Part shown: one piece after another, positions 19,287 through 29,552 of the stretch
How the letters are laid out: each line of letters begins with the position of its first letter
How positions within the stretch are numbered: the first letter of the stretch is position 1
DNA from: Actinomycetaceae bacterium
GTDB taxonomy: Bacteria > Actinomycetota > Actinomycetes > Actinomycetales > Actinomycetaceae
Length of the DNA stretch: 64,000 nt
Assembly: GCA_030530685.1 (NCBI GenBank)
Contig: JAUMUM010000009.1
Coordinates: forward strand, 4,465-68,464
Direction: 5' to 3'
Translations under genes and position numbers: made by a program
The notes under the pieces: model-generated
Database searches by the model: none
Seen by the model: only the letters and a program-made list of their open reading frames with translations
Told to the model about the DNA's origin: nothing

Positions 19287-19870
19287 TGTCTGCCATCATC
19301 GGCGCGGGAGTCGGGCCTGATTCCGAAGACGGCGGTCAGCAGGAAGGTGGCCAGCGCGGCCGCCGCGGGGCTCGCGCCGCCGCGGAAGCCGAGTACAGCC
19401 GCCAGGACTGGTGGGAGAGGGGACGCGAGATCGTCATCCGGCAGCTGTCGATGATGGACCGTTCGCGCGTGCAGCTTTCGGATGCCATGGCCAGACGGGG
19501 CGTGCCCGAGGACGTTCGCGGGGAGGTTCTCGATCACTTCGAGGGCCTCGGCTTGATCGACGACGAGCATTTCGCGCAGGCGCTTGTGCGAACGCGGTTC
19601 GCCGAGAGGGGCAGTTCACGGCGAGCCATCGGCGAGGAGCTCAGGCGCAAGGGCGTGGATGAGCGGATCGTCGAGGAGGCGGTCGGCCTGATAGACGACG
19701 AAGCCGAGTTCGATGCCGCCGTCACCTTGGCCTGCAAGAGGATGGAACGGGCAGACGGCAATCCCGCCACCCTCGAACGGCGCGTCTACGCGGCCCTGGC
19801 TCGCAGGGGGTACTCGCCAGAGGTGTGCTCGCGTGCGCTGGGGGAAGCTCGTCGGCGCACGCTCGGCTAG
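19286..19870 (+). CDS. recX: RecA regulator RecX.
   Basis: The ATG overlaps the recA stop (TGATG). The protein contains RecX-like repeats. Confidence 0.85.
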   Translation: MSAIIGAGVGPDSEDGGQQEGGQRGRRGARAAAEAEYSRQDWWERGREIVIRQLSMMDRSRVQLSDAMARRGVPEDVRGEVLDHFEGLGLIDDEHFAQALVRTRFAERGSSRRAIGEELRRKGVDERIVEEAVGLIDDEAEFDAAVTLACKRMERADGNPATLERRVYAALARRGYSPEVCSRALGEARRRTLG

Positions 19871-19871
19871 A

Positions 19872-21422
19872 ATGTCTAGGATGTCGACCAAGCTACCTCG
19901 CACCTACGCGATCCGCACGCTCGGGTGTCAGATGAACGTCCATGACTCCGAACGCCTCGCCGGCCTATTGGAAAGGGCCGGCTATGTGCCGGTGGCGCTC
20001 GTTCCCGAGAAGGCCGCCAGGGCCACGGAGGCGGGGGACGAGGGCGCGGACGTCGTGGTCGTCAATACGTGCAGCGTCCGCGAGAATGCCGCCACGCGCC
20101 TATTCGGCAATCTCGGCCAGCTCGCCGCCGTCAAGCGGGAGCGGCCCGGCATGCAGATCGCCGTCGGCGGCTGCCTCGCCCAGCAGATGCGGGGAGGCAT
20201 CGTCGAGCGGGCGCCGTGGGTCGATGCCGTCCTTGGCACTCACAACCTCGATGTCCTTCCGGCGCTTTTGGAACGGGCGCGCCACAATGCCGAGGCTGCC
20301 ATCGAGATCGAGGAGTCCCTCAAGGTCTTCCCCTCGACGCTGCCGACTCACCGTGAAAGCGTCTTCGCCGCCTGGGTGTCCATATCGGTCGGGTGCAATA
20401 ACACGTGCACCTTCTGCATCGTTCCCAGCCTGCGGGGTAAGGAGCGCGACCGGCGCCCCGGCGAGGTGCTGTCCGAGGTCGAGGCCGTCGTCGCCCAGGG
20501 AGCCATCGAGGTGACGCTTCTGGGGCAGAACGTCAATTCCTACGGCGTGGGCTTCGGCGACCGCCAGGCATTCGCCAAGCTCCTCAGAGCGTGCGGCCAG
20601 ATTGAGGGCCTCGAACGCGTTCGCTTCACGTCACCGCATCCGGCCGCATTCTCCGACGACGTCATCGACGCGATGGCCGAAACCGACAATGTCATGCCGT
20701 CGCTGCACATGCCCCTTCAGTCCGGCTCGGATCGCATTCTCAGGGCGATGCGGCGCTCCTACCGCTCCACGCGCTTTCTCGGCATTCTTGACCGGGTTCG
20801 CGAGCGCATGCCGCACGCGGCGATCACGACCGACCTCATCGTTGGATTCCCGGGCGAGACGGAGGAAGACTTCCAGGCAACGCTCGACATCGTGGCCAGG
20901 TCGCGATTCGCCTCGGCCTTCACGTTCCAGTATTCGCCGCGGCCTGGAACGCCGGCGGCCGACATGCCCGACCAGGTCCCGGCCGAAGTCGTGGCCGAGC
21001 GCTACCAGCGGCTCGTCGCACTTCAGGAGCAGATCTCGGCCGAGGAAAACGAGGCGTTGCGCGGCCGCACCGTGGAGGTTCTCATATCCGAGGGCCAGGG
21101 GCGCAAGGATCGTGCCACGGATCGAGTGACCGGCCGGGCAGCGGACGGCCGGCTCGTTCACGTCGCGCTGCCCGCCGCCCTTGAGGAAAGCTCGCGGCCT
21201 CGGCCCGGCGATATGGTTCGCGCAGAGGTCACGCACGCGGCGCCACACCACCTCGTGGCCGACTCGGCGATCGGCGGGGGACTATTCGAGGTGCGACGCA
21301 CGCGAGCCGGCGACGCCTGGCAGGAGCACAAGCGCCGCTCGGCCGAACTCGAAGCGGAGGCCTCCGGCCGCGCTCCGGTCAAGCTCGGCATGCCGACGGT
21401 GAGGATTGGCGCGGGTGGCTGA
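19872..21422 (+). CDS. miaB: tRNA-i6A37 methylthiotransferase (radical SAM).
   Basis: N-terminal TLGCQMN, radical-SAM CNNTCTFC, and a C-terminal TRAM domain. An alternative start at 19881 is possible. Confidence 0.9.
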   Translation: MSRMSTKLPRTYAIRTLGCQMNVHDSERLAGLLERAGYVPVALVPEKAARATEAGDEGADVVVVNTCSVRENAATRLFGNLGQLAAVKRERPGMQIAVGGCLAQQMRGGIVERAPWVDAVLGTHNLDVLPALLERARHNAEAAIEIEESLKVFPSTLPTHRESVFAAWVSISVGCNNTCTFCIVPSLRGKERDRRPGEVLSEVEAVVAQGAIEVTLLGQNVNSYGVGFGDRQAFAKLLRACGQIEGLERVRFTSPHPAAFSDDVIDAMAETDNVMPSLHMPLQSGSDRILRAMRRSYRSTRFLGILDRVRERMPHAAITTDLIVGFPGETEEDFQATLDIVARSRFASAFTFQYSPRPGTPAADMPDQVPAEVVAERYQRLVALQEQISAEENEALRGRTVEVLISEGQGRKDRATDRVTGRAADGRLVHVALPAALEESSRPRPGDMVRAEVTHAAPHHLVADSAIGGGLFEVRRTRAGDAWQEHKRRSAELEAEASGRAPVKLGMPTVRIGAGG

Positions 21423-22365
21423 CGCTCCCTCCTTCCCGATCGTAGCGATCGTCGGCCCGACGGGTAGTGGCAAGACCGCACTGTCAATCGAGCTCGCGCT
21501 TGCAATGGGCGGGCCGGAGGTGGCCGAGATCGTCTCGGCCGACGCCATGCAACTCTACAGGGGCATGGACATCGGCACGGCGAAAATTCCGGTGTCCGAG
21601 CGTCGCGCGATCTCACACCACCAGATCGACGTTCTCGACGTCACGCAGGAGGCGAGCGTCGCCGCCTACCAGCGCCATGCCCGCGCCGACGTCGCTGGCA
21701 TTGGCGGGCGCGGGAAGACGCCGATCGTCGTGGGAGGATCGGGACTGTACGTGGCGGGCCTGCTCGATCGGCTCGACTTTCCCGGGCGCAGTGCCCGGAT
21801 ACGGTTGGAGCTCGAGGACAGACAGCGGCGCGAAGGCATCGGCCCGCTCCTCGCCGAACTTCGCCACAGGGACCCGCAGGCCTACGCGACCATTGATCAT
21901 TCGAATACGCGCAGGGTCATTCGCGCCCTGGAGGTCATCCGGTTGACCGGCCGGCCCTTTACCACCCGGTTGCCGCGGCACACGAGCTTCTATCCGAACG
22001 TCCGGTTCATCGGGGTCGACAGGGATCGCGCTCTCCTCGCCGAGGCGATCGACGCCAGGGCCAGAGGCATGTTCGCGTCCGGCCTGGTCGAGGAAACCCG
22101 CGCTCTCCTGGACCAGGGCCTGGCCGAAGGCCCCACGGCCTCGCGCGCCACAGGTTACGCCCAGGCCATGGCTGTTATAGAGGGAAGGATGAGCGAAGGC
22201 GAGGCCGTCCGGTCCGTGTGCGCGGCAACCCGAAAGCTCGCGAAGAAGCAGCGGACCTGGTTCCGCGCCGACCCGAGGATCTCCTGGATCGATCTCAGCG
22301 GGGGCAACGTGCGGGATGCCGCCCTGGACCTCCTCCGCGCCATCGGCCGTGATATCGGGATTTGA
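21406..22365 (+). CDS. miaA: tRNA dimethylallyltransferase.
   Basis: P-loop [13 protein letters not shown] or GTG start overlaps the miaB end. Confidence 0.9.
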   Translation: MARVADAPSFPIVAIVGPTGSGKTALSIELALAMGGPEVAEIVSADAMQLYRGMDIGTAKIPVSERRAISHHQIDVLDVTQEASVAAYQRHARADVAGIGGRGKTPIVVGGSGLYVAGLLDRLDFPGRSARIRLELEDRQRREGIGPLLAELRHRDPQAYATIDHSNTRRVIRALEVIRLTGRPFTTRLPRHTSFYPNVRFIGVDRDRALLAEAIDARARGMFASGLVEETRALLDQGLAEGPTASRATGYAQAMAVIEGRMSEGEAVRSVCAATRKLAKKQRTWFRADPRISWIDLSGGNVRDAALDLLRAIGRDIGI

Positions 22366-22750
22366 CGGCCGTGGACGCGAGCGCATAGCCTCGGGCGCGT
22401 GATCTTCTCATAGTCGGGCGGCTAGCGTGTAACGGGCGGCCGGCGCCGAGGTAATGGGAGGCCAGCGCAGCGCCCAGGGAACTCGGCGTCCCGTAGACCG
22501 GCGCGCGTTGCGGCTGACCGGTCGATTCTTACCGCTTATCCCTCATCATCGCCTTGCTCTCATTGTGCCGCGCGGTGATGACGGTGCCCGGCCAGCTATG
22601 TGGTGGCGCACGGCGCGGCAAGTAGCGCGGCCGTGCGGCAGGGGCCTTGGCTGACGCCACTGTCCGAGGCTCTCCGCGGGCAGGGCCTGCCCGAGAACCC
22701 CGCCTGGCCGCTAGGGCCAGGGGCGCCGGGTATCGAGCGATGGCCGGGCG

Positions 22751-23410
22751 TTAAGCGGGCGTCGGGATCTGTTCGGTCTCATTGGAGTGGATGTCGTCCC
22801 CGGCAGAGCGGACGGCGAGAATCCTGAAGCCCTTGGACGAGGCGAGCCGATCGCAGAGCCACCCCTGCCGCGTCAGCCACGCCTGGAGGGAATCGGCGCC
22901 GAGGTTCTTGTGGACGACGAAGTAGGCCGCGCCGTCGGCGGCGAGGTGGCAGAGCCACGAGGAGAGCAATTCGTGAAGTTTGGCCTTGCCGATGCGTACC
23001 GGAGGATTGGACCAGATGAGCGAGACAGTGCGGCGGCCGAGTTCGCCGAAGGCATCGTCGGGGGAAAGGATTCGGCCGTCGAGTCCGGCCCTCGCCAGGT
23101 TCGCCGATGCGAGATCGCGCGCCCGGGCATTGATGTCGACGCCCCAGACCTCGGCGCCGTCGCACTCCGCCGCCAGGGCAAGCGTGATCGGTCCCCAGCC
23201 GCAGCCGACGTCGACGGCGAGATCACCCGGGCCGAGGTCGGGCTCGGGAAGGCGAGACAGGAGGACTGCCGTGCCTTTGTCAAGGTGCGATGACGAGAAG
23301 ACACCGCCCGATGTCGCGACCGAGTACTCCCGGCCGCGCAGGTGCACGAGGCGCTCGGTGACGGGGGAGGCGGACGAGGGCTCGCTGGAGAAGTAGTGCT
23401 CGCTTGACAC
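22751..23410 (-). CDS. Small class I SAM-dependent methyltransferase (RsmC/PrmC-like).
   Basis: SAM-binding VDVGCGWG motif and an SNPPV catalytic motif. Confidence 0.65.
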   Translation of the reverse strand: MSSEHYFSSEPSSASPVTERLVHLRGREYSVATSGGVFSSSHLDKGTAVLLSRLPEPDLGPGDLAVDVGCGWGPITLALAAECDGAEVWGVDINARARDLASANLARAGLDGRILSPDDAFGELGRRTVSLIWSNPPVRIGKAKLHELLSSWLCHLAADGAAYFVVHKNLGADSLQAWLTRQGWLCDRLASSKGFRILAVRSAGDDIHSNETEQIPTPA

Positions 23411-23573
23411 GGTGGAATGCTACCGCGTCGAGGCCGGTGCATGGGGAAGTCGGATCTTCCGGCGTCGGCCAACCGTTGCGCCCATTGCCTTGTCGGTCCT
23501 GCCGCCTCGCCCGGCGCATCGTCGGTCCGGCCCGGCGCGCACGGGCCTCAATCCATGAAAGAATGAACTGCAT

Positions 23574-25070
23574 ATGAACGATATACGCAATGGCGATGAA
23601 GGCGCGGGCCTCGATCTGAGCACGACGAGGGGCACGGCCCTCCAGGACGATGCCCTGACCGGCGAAGAATGGTCGGGCGACGCCGCCCACCGCGACGAAA
23701 GGACGTCGCTCAGGCGAGTGGCCGGACTGGACACTGGCGTCGACCGTGAGGAAGGCGTCGACGTCGAGTATCGGCAGGTGCGCCTCGAGCGAGTCATTCT
23801 CATCGGTCTGACCGGTGAGGGGACGGTCGAGGACGCGGAGGATTCCCTGCGGGAGTTGGCCGCTCTGGCGCAAACGGCGGGTTCATTGGTGCTCGACGGC
23901 CTCGTGCAGCGACGGACGCTTCCCGACCCGGCAACCTATCTTGGCTCGGGCAAGGCCCGCGAACTCGGCGACCTCGTGGCCAGCCTTCGGGCCGACACCG
24001 TCATCGCGGACTCCGAGCTGGCGCCGTCTCAGCGGCGCGCCCTCGAAGATATCGTCCAGGTCAAGGTCATCGACCGGACGGCTCTGATCCTCGACATCTT
24101 CGCCAGGCACGCCAAGTCCCGCGAGGGCAAGGCTCAGGTCGAACTCGCCCAGCTCGAATACCTTCTGCCGCGCCTGCGTGGCTGGGGCGACTCGATGTCG
24201 CGCCAAGCGGGCGGGCGCGTGGCAGCCGGAGCAGGCATCGGCTCGCGCGGCCCCGGCGAAACCCAGCTCGAACTCGACCGGCGCCGCATCCGCAGTCGCA
24301 TGGCCAAGCTCAGGCGCGACATACGCAAGATGGAACCGGCACGCGGGGCGCAGAGGGCCGAGCGCCGGCGCAACGCGGTGCCGTCCGCCGTCGTCGTCGG
24401 GTACACGAACGCGGGAAAATCCTCGCTCCTCAACAGGTTGACGGGCTCGACCGTCCTGGTGGACAACGCGCTATTCGCCACGCTCGATCCCACCGTCCGA
24501 CGCGCGCTCACGCCCAGCGGACGCGAATACACGCTCGCCGACACCGTCGGCTTCGTCAGGCGCCTGCCGACCCAGCTCGTCGAGGCCTTCCGCTCCACCT
24601 TGGAGGAAGCGGGCTCGGCGGACCTGCTCGTCCACGTCGTCGATGCCTCGCACCATGACCCGGTCGGCCAGGTGGCCGCGGTGCGTTCCGTTCTGGCGGA
24701 CGTGCCCGGCGCATCCGCGAAGCCTGAGCTCGTCGTCCTGTCCAAGTGCGACCTCGCCGACTCCGTGGACATCGCGGCGCTGCGCTCGCGGTTCCCCACG
24801 GCGGTGGCCGTTTCGTGCCTGACGGGGGAGGGAATCGAGGAGCTTCGCCTGGCCATCGACGAGGCTCTGCCGCGCCCCGACATCGAGATCGCGCTCGTCA
24901 TCCCCTACGATCGAGGATCGCTCCTTTCCCGCATTCACGAGGAAGGCGAGTTGCTCGCCCCGGTCGAATACCGCAGTACCGGCACCTTCGTCCGCGCGCG
25001 CATCCCCGGCCACATCGAGGGCGCCCTGCGGGAGGCGGGGGTCGTGGCTGGCGAAGCGGACGTCGATTGA
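23574..25070 (+). CDS. hflX: GTPase HflX.
   Basis: HflX N-terminal domain (ERVILIG) plus a G-domain (GYTNAGKSSLLNRLTG, DTVGF). Confidence 0.9.
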   Translation: MNDIRNGDEGAGLDLSTTRGTALQDDALTGEEWSGDAAHRDERTSLRRVAGLDTGVDREEGVDVEYRQVRLERVILIGLTGEGTVEDAEDSLRELAALAQTAGSLVLDGLVQRRTLPDPATYLGSGKARELGDLVASLRADTVIADSELAPSQRRALEDIVQVKVIDRTALILDIFARHAKSREGKAQVELAQLEYLLPRLRGWGDSMSRQAGGRVAAGAGIGSRGPGETQLELDRRRIRSRMAKLRRDIRKMEPARGAQRAERRRNAVPSAVVVGYTNAGKSSLLNRLTGSTVLVDNALFATLDPTVRRALTPSGREYTLADTVGFVRRLPTQLVEAFRSTLEEAGSADLLVHVVDASHHDPVGQVAAVRSVLADVPGASAKPELVVLSKCDLADSVDIAALRSRFPTAVAVSCLTGEGIEELRLAIDEALPRPDIEIALVIPYDRGSLLSRIHEEGELLAPVEYRSTGTFVRARIPGHIEGALREAGVVAGEADVD

Positions 25071-25078
25071 GGCGGGAC

Positions 25079-27013
25079 GTGGCGGGCTCCGAGGACCTTC
25101 TCGATGCCGTCGTCGAGGGCATCGGCGGGTCCCGCAGGGATGGCCAGGTGGCGATGGCCGCGGCCGTGGACGAGGCTCTGGAGGGCGATGGTCACCTCCT
25201 CGTTCAGGCCGGTACCGGCACGGGGAAGTCGCTGGGGTACCTGGTCCCAGCGATGAAGTGGGCCGTCGAGCAGGAGGCGCGCGTGACAATCTCGACGGCC
25301 ACGCTCGCCCTGCAGCGCCAGATCGTGGCCCAGGACGCCCCGCGCGTGGCGCAGACCGTGTACGAGCACACCGGGCGCCGGCCGCAGGTCGCGCTGCTGA
25401 AGGGATGGAACAACTACGTGTGCCTGCGCAAGGCCGCGGGCGGCTATCCCGAGGAGGACTCGCTCTTCTCCCGGGCGGAGGCCGAATACGGGGCAAGCGC
25501 CACCGGTGAGGAAGTCGTGCGCCTGCGCGAGTGGGCGATGTCCACCGACACCGGCGACCGCGATGACCTCACGCCGGGCGTCTCCGATCGCGCGTGGGCC
25601 CAGGTCTCGATCTCCAAGCCCGATTGCATAGGCCAGAAGTGCCCGGTGCGCGGATCGTGCTTTCCCATCCTCGCCCGTCACGCCGCGGAGGAGGCCGACA
25701 TCGTCGTGACCAATCATGCGATGCTTGGCGTCCAGGCCGCGCGCACGCCGGTTCTTCCCGAATCGCAGGCGATTGTCATCGACGAGGCCCACGAGCTGGT
25801 CGATCGCGTCACGGAGCAACTGACCATCTCGATTTCCAAGTTCGACGTCGCGGCGCTGGCCAGAATCCTGCGCCGCGAATCCATCGTCTCGGCCGGTCTG
25901 GAAAAGGCCGGCGACGCCCTTGACGCTGCGCTCGATGCCCAGGGCGAAGGCCGTCTGACCGACTTGCCCGACGACCTGGCCGACGCGCTCCTCGGGCTCC
26001 TGGGCGAGCTCCAGCAGGCGGGCGCCGACGTTGACGACCTGTCGGGCAGGGACGAGGCGGCGGCCGCGGCCAAGAATGTCGCTCGCAATCGGGTTGCCAC
26101 GCTGGCCGACGGCGTCGAACAACTCCTGTCCGGGGCCGTCGGCGAGGGCAAAATCGTGCTGTGGGTAGCGCGCGACCGCGAAGACAGAAGCTCGCTTCGC
26201 GCCGCGCCGCTCGATGTGTCCACGTCGCTGGCCGACACGCTCTTCGAGTCCCGTCCCGTCGTGCTCACCTCCGCGACCCTTCAGGTCGGCGGTAGCTTCG
26301 AGTACGCGGCGAACCGGGTGGGTTTCGACTTCCCCAGCCAGGGCCCGTGGAAGGGCATCGACGTCGGCTCACCCTTCGACCATGCCAGGCAGGGCATCGT
26401 CTACGTGGCGGCGGATCTTCCCGCTCCGGGCCGCGACGGGATTGGCGAGCGTCAACTGGAAGAGATACGCGAGCTCATCGAGGCCAGCGGCGGCGGCGCA
26501 CTCGCGCTGTTCACCTCCCACAGGGCGGTGCAGGCCGCGGCCGAATACGTGCGAGACAGGATCGCGACCCCCGTGCTGTGCCAGGGTGACGACCAACTCC
26601 CCAGCCTCGTCGAGGCCTTCGCCGCCGACGACGCCGCCTCTCTCTTCGGCACGATCTCCCTCTGGCAGGGCGTGGATGTTCCGGGCAGGACGTGCCGACT
26701 CGTCATCATCGACCGGATTCCCTTCCCGCGGCCGAACGATCCGCTCGTGCAGGCACGAAACCAGGCCGTGGCCGAGGCGGGCGGCAATGCCTTCATGCGG
26801 GTGTCGGCCTCGCATGCCGCGCTGCTACTGGCTCAGGGCGCCGGCCGCCTTCTGCGGCGCGTGACCGATAGAGGAGTCGTGGCAATACTCGACCCCCGCC
26901 TGCGTACCGCGCGCTACGGTCCCTTCCTCACGTCGTCTCTGCCGCCCATGTGGCCGACCACCGACGGCCGGCTCGTGCGCGCGGCGCTCGCGCGACTGGC
27001 GGCCGCGCCCTAA
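25079..27013 (+). CDS. dinG: DinG-like ATP-dependent DNA helicase (Rad3/XPD-related).
   Basis: Walker A AGTGTGKS, DEAH box VIDEAHEL, and C-terminal helicase motifs. Start is GTG 25079 or TTG 25067; the ORF is open from 24746. Confidence 0.8.
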   Translation: MAGSEDLLDAVVEGIGGSRRDGQVAMAAAVDEALEGDGHLLVQAGTGTGKSLGYLVPAMKWAVEQEARVTISTATLALQRQIVAQDAPRVAQTVYEHTGRRPQVALLKGWNNYVCLRKAAGGYPEEDSLFSRAEAEYGASATGEEVVRLREWAMSTDTGDRDDLTPGVSDRAWAQVSISKPDCIGQKCPVRGSCFPILARHAAEEADIVVTNHAMLGVQAARTPVLPESQAIVIDEAHELVDRVTEQLTISISKFDVAALARILRRESIVSAGLEKAGDALDAALDAQGEGRLTDLPDDLADALLGLLGELQQAGADVDDLSGRDEAAAAAKNVARNRVATLADGVEQLLSGAVGEGKIVLWVARDREDRSSLRAAPLDVSTSLADTLFESRPVVLTSATLQVGGSFEYAANRVGFDFPSQGPWKGIDVGSPFDHARQGIVYVAADLPAPGRDGIGERQLEEIRELIEASGGGALALFTSHRAVQAAAEYVRDRIATPVLCQGDDQLPSLVEAFAADDAASLFGTISLWQGVDVPGRTCRLVIIDRIPFPRPNDPLVQARNQAVAEAGGNAFMRVSASHAALLLAQGAGRLLRRVTDRGVVAILDPRLRTARYGPFLTSSLPPMWPTTDGRLVRAALARLAAAP

Positions 27014-27036
27014 GTGATGGGGCTGACCGCACCGCA

Positions 27037-27210
27037 TCCGGGCCGGCACGACATGCGGGGAATGGCGCGAGCGCGCAGCCGCGTCCGGGCCGGCACGAAC
27101 TAGTGGCGCGACCCGGCACGAAACATTAACCGGCGACGATTGGTCACGTGCCAGTTCGCACCGGCACGAAACACGGCGGGTGGGTCGGAGCAGGACCACG
27201 GCACGACAGC
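27037..27210 (+). repeat. Array of five GGCACGA-core direct repeats upstream of ldh.
   Basis: TCCGGGCCGGCACGA occurs twice (27037, 27084) and CCGGCACGAAACA twice (27113, 27161). A fifth copy, ACGGCACGACA, is at 27199. Confidence 0.5.
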
Positions 27211-27333
27211 GCAAACCGGGCACGGGCCGGACTCGAGCCGACGACTAGCCCACAGATGCGCCAGAAACCCAGAAAAGGCCGTACGCTGGACACATGGCGG
27301 GGAGTATCCCGTCTGTGATGATGAGGAGGACCA

Positions 27334-28362
27334 GTGTCCGAAGATTCCGTTGAGGCAACGCTACCCGTGGAGGAGTCTGAGCACCCCGCCCTGCCCTCCC
27401 TCGAACGAAGGGGAGAACGCGGGTCGAAGGTTGCCGTGATTGGCGCAGGCGCGGTGGGGTCCGCCGTCGTCTACGCATCGATGATTCAAGGTGTGGCTCG
27501 CCACTACGCGCTATTCGACATCAACGAATCCAAGGTGAAGGCCGAGGCCTTGGACATCGCCCAGGGTGTGCAATTCGCCCCCGTCTCCACGGTGGAAGGC
27601 TCTTCCAACATTGAGGTGATCAAGGACGCCGATGTCGTCGTCGTCACCGCCGGAGCCAAGCAGAAGCCGGGGCAGTCACGCCTGGAACTCGCCGGCGCGA
27701 CGATCGACATCATGAAGTCCATCATTCCCAGTGCCGTCGAGCAGGCACCCAACGCCGTCTTCCTCATGGTGGCCAACCCCGTCGACGTCGTGACGTACGC
27801 GGGCCTGAAGATCTCGCAACTGCCACCGGACCGCTTCTTCGGTTCTGGAACCGTGCTCGATTCGTCGCGACTGCGCTACCTCCTCGCACAGGCGTGCGGC
27901 GTCGCGGTGCAGAACGTGCACGCCTACATCTGCGGCGAGCACGGGGACTCCGAGATCCCGCTGTGGAGTTCGGCCATGGTCGGAGCGGTGCCGCTCCTGC
28001 AGTGGGGGTCCACCGTCGACGGCCGCATGCTCGACGACGGCGTGCGCGAGGCCATTCACGAGCAGGTCGTGCGATCGGCCTACAACATCATCGAGGGCAA
28101 GGGAGCGACCAACTACGCCATTGGCCTGTCGGTCGCATCGATTCTTGGTTCCATCCTCCGTGACGAGCAGAGGGTCATGCCAGTGTCGTCGCTCCTGGAT
28201 GATTGGCTCGGCATTTCCGATGTGTGCATGTCGGTCCCGACGATTGTCGGTCGGCAGGGCGTTGGCCGCAAGCTCGTACCCGTCGTGACGCCTCGCGAGT
28301 ACGATGGCCTGCGCACGTCCGCCCAGTCGATCCGGGAGGTCGCCGCGAAGTTCGGCTTCTAA
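27334..28362 (+). CDS. ldh: L-lactate dehydrogenase.
   Basis: GAGAVGSA NAD motif. GAKQKPGQSR has Gln at the substrate-specificity position, which indicates LDH rather than MDH. ICGEHGDS is also present. Confidence 0.85.
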   Translation: MSEDSVEATLPVEESEHPALPSLERRGERGSKVAVIGAGAVGSAVVYASMIQGVARHYALFDINESKVKAEALDIAQGVQFAPVSTVEGSSNIEVIKDADVVVVTAGAKQKPGQSRLELAGATIDIMKSIIPSAVEQAPNAVFLMVANPVDVVTYAGLKISQLPPDRFFGSGTVLDSSRLRYLLAQACGVAVQNVHAYICGEHGDSEIPLWSSAMVGAVPLLQWGSTVDGRMLDDGVREAIHEQVVRSAYNIIEGKGATNYAIGLSVASILGSILRDEQRVMPVSSLLDDWLGISDVCMSVPTIVGRQGVGRKLVPVVTPREYDGLRTSAQSIREVAAKFGF

Positions 28363-28376
28363 CTATTGGAAGCATA

Positions 28377-28414
28377 GGTGGGGTCGCTGGTATGAAGCCG
28401 CGGCCCCACCTTTT
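28377..28414 (+). terminator. ldh terminator: GGTGGGG...CCCCACC followed by TTTT.
   Basis: Hairpin 15 nt after the ldh stop, followed by a T-run. Confidence 0.55.
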
Positions 28415-28621
28415 CCATTCGCTCTTCCTCTGCTTTGCGCCGGTTCCTGCCGAGCGTTCGGTCGGTACTCGCTGAGTGAGATGCGGGTGGGAGGTGGCCC
28501 AGCGGGCGATGGTGCGACGTGGAACGTTTTCGGCCTCGGTGCGCGACCCATCAAAGTCGAGACTCACGGGGCGCCGGGTGGTGCGGGGCAGGCACCATTG
28601 AGGAAAGTGGCGTGGCAGGCT

Positions 28622-29353
28622 CTACAGGGCCCGAAGTACCGTGACGACCCTGCCGAGGACGTCGGCGTCGTCTGCTGGAATCGGCGCATAATCGGCGTTG
28701 CGCGGTAGGAGCGTGACGTGCCCATCCTTGCGTTGGAGAACCTTGACCGTGGCTTCGCCGTCGAGCATGGCCGCGACGATCTCGCCGTTCTCGGCGACCT
28801 GTTGGCGCCGGATGACCACCCAGTCGCCGTCGCATATCGCGGCGTCGATCATGGAGTCGCCCTGGACCTTGAGCATGAATAGTTCGCCTTCACCCGTCAA
28901 GCGGCGGGGGAGGGGGAAGACTTCCTCGACGTGCTGGTCGGCAAGGATGGGACTGCCGGCGGCGATTCTTCCAACGACGGGCACATCCACTGACGAATCG
29001 ATGTGAACATCCGAATCACCCGATATCCGCTCCTGCTGGGGCGGTTCGTCGTCGACGGAACTCAAGCCGCGGGGAACGCCTGCGCTCGTGTAGTCGTCGT
29101 GAAGGCGCCGGTGAGTATGGTGCAGGCCCTTCTCCGTCAAGAGGATCGTGCGCGGCCTTCGTGGATCGCGCCGAATGTAGCCGAGCTCCTCAAGGACGTC
29201 GAGCTGATACTTCACCGACGACGTCGATGCGAAGCCGACCTTGTCACCGATTTCGCGAATGGTCGGCGCGTACCGATTCTTCAGCAGCTCCGAGCGCAAA
29301 CACTTGAGCACCTCTTTCTGTCGTGGCGTGAGCTCTTTCTTTCTCCTGACCAT
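28622..29353 (-). CDS. lexA: SOS repressor LexA.
   Basis: N-terminal winged HTH and a C-terminal S24 peptidase domain (GDSM, AG cleavage site). Start chosen at MVRRKK. Confidence 0.9.
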   Translation of the reverse strand: MVRRKKELTPRQKEVLKCLRSELLKNRYAPTIREIGDKVGFASTSSVKYQLDVLEELGYIRRDPRRPRTILLTEKGLHHTHRRLHDDYTSAGVPRGLSSVDDEPPQQERISGDSDVHIDSSVDVPVVGRIAAGSPILADQHVEEVFPLPRRLTGEGELFMLKVQGDSMIDAAICDGDWVVIRRQQVAENGEIVAAMLDGEATVKVLQRKDGHVTLLPRNADYAPIPADDADVLGRVVTVLRAL

Positions 29354-29442
29354 GGAATGCCCTCCAGTTGAGGCCCCCAAAAAATGTCGGAGGCTGCCGC
29401 TTGACTGTCTTCCACCAGACTAGTCGTCCACGCCCGGTGGGA

Positions 29443-29458
29443 GCAAACATTTGTTCAG
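29443..29458. promoter_or_regulatory. Candidate LexA (Cheo/SOS) box, GCAAACATTTGTTCAG, about 90 nt upstream of lexA.
   Basis: Matches GAAC-N4-GTTC with one core mismatch. It lies in the divergent lexA/chiZ-like intergenic region. Confidence 0.45.
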
Positions 29459-29526
29459 TGCATTCATCGAACAAAGATGCTGGACGTTGGCGGCAAGAAG
29501 GTGTAACTTAAGGAAACAGTTGTTCG

Positions 29527-29542
29527 AGGAACGGATGTTCGA
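29527..29542. promoter_or_regulatory. LexA (SOS) box, AGGAACGGATGTTCGA, immediately upstream of the chiZ-like gene.
   Basis: Perfect GAAC-N4-GTTCGA core 11 nt before ATG 29553. An adjacent GTTCGAGGA sequence repeats part of it. Confidence 0.6.
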
Positions 29543-29552
29543 GGAGTTGGCG

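Noticed and set aside
29451-29552. TTG start at 29451 for the LysM gene, as given by the ORF track.
   Set aside because: It would put the LexA boxes inside the coding sequence. ATG 29553, directly downstream of the SOS box, is the more plausible start.
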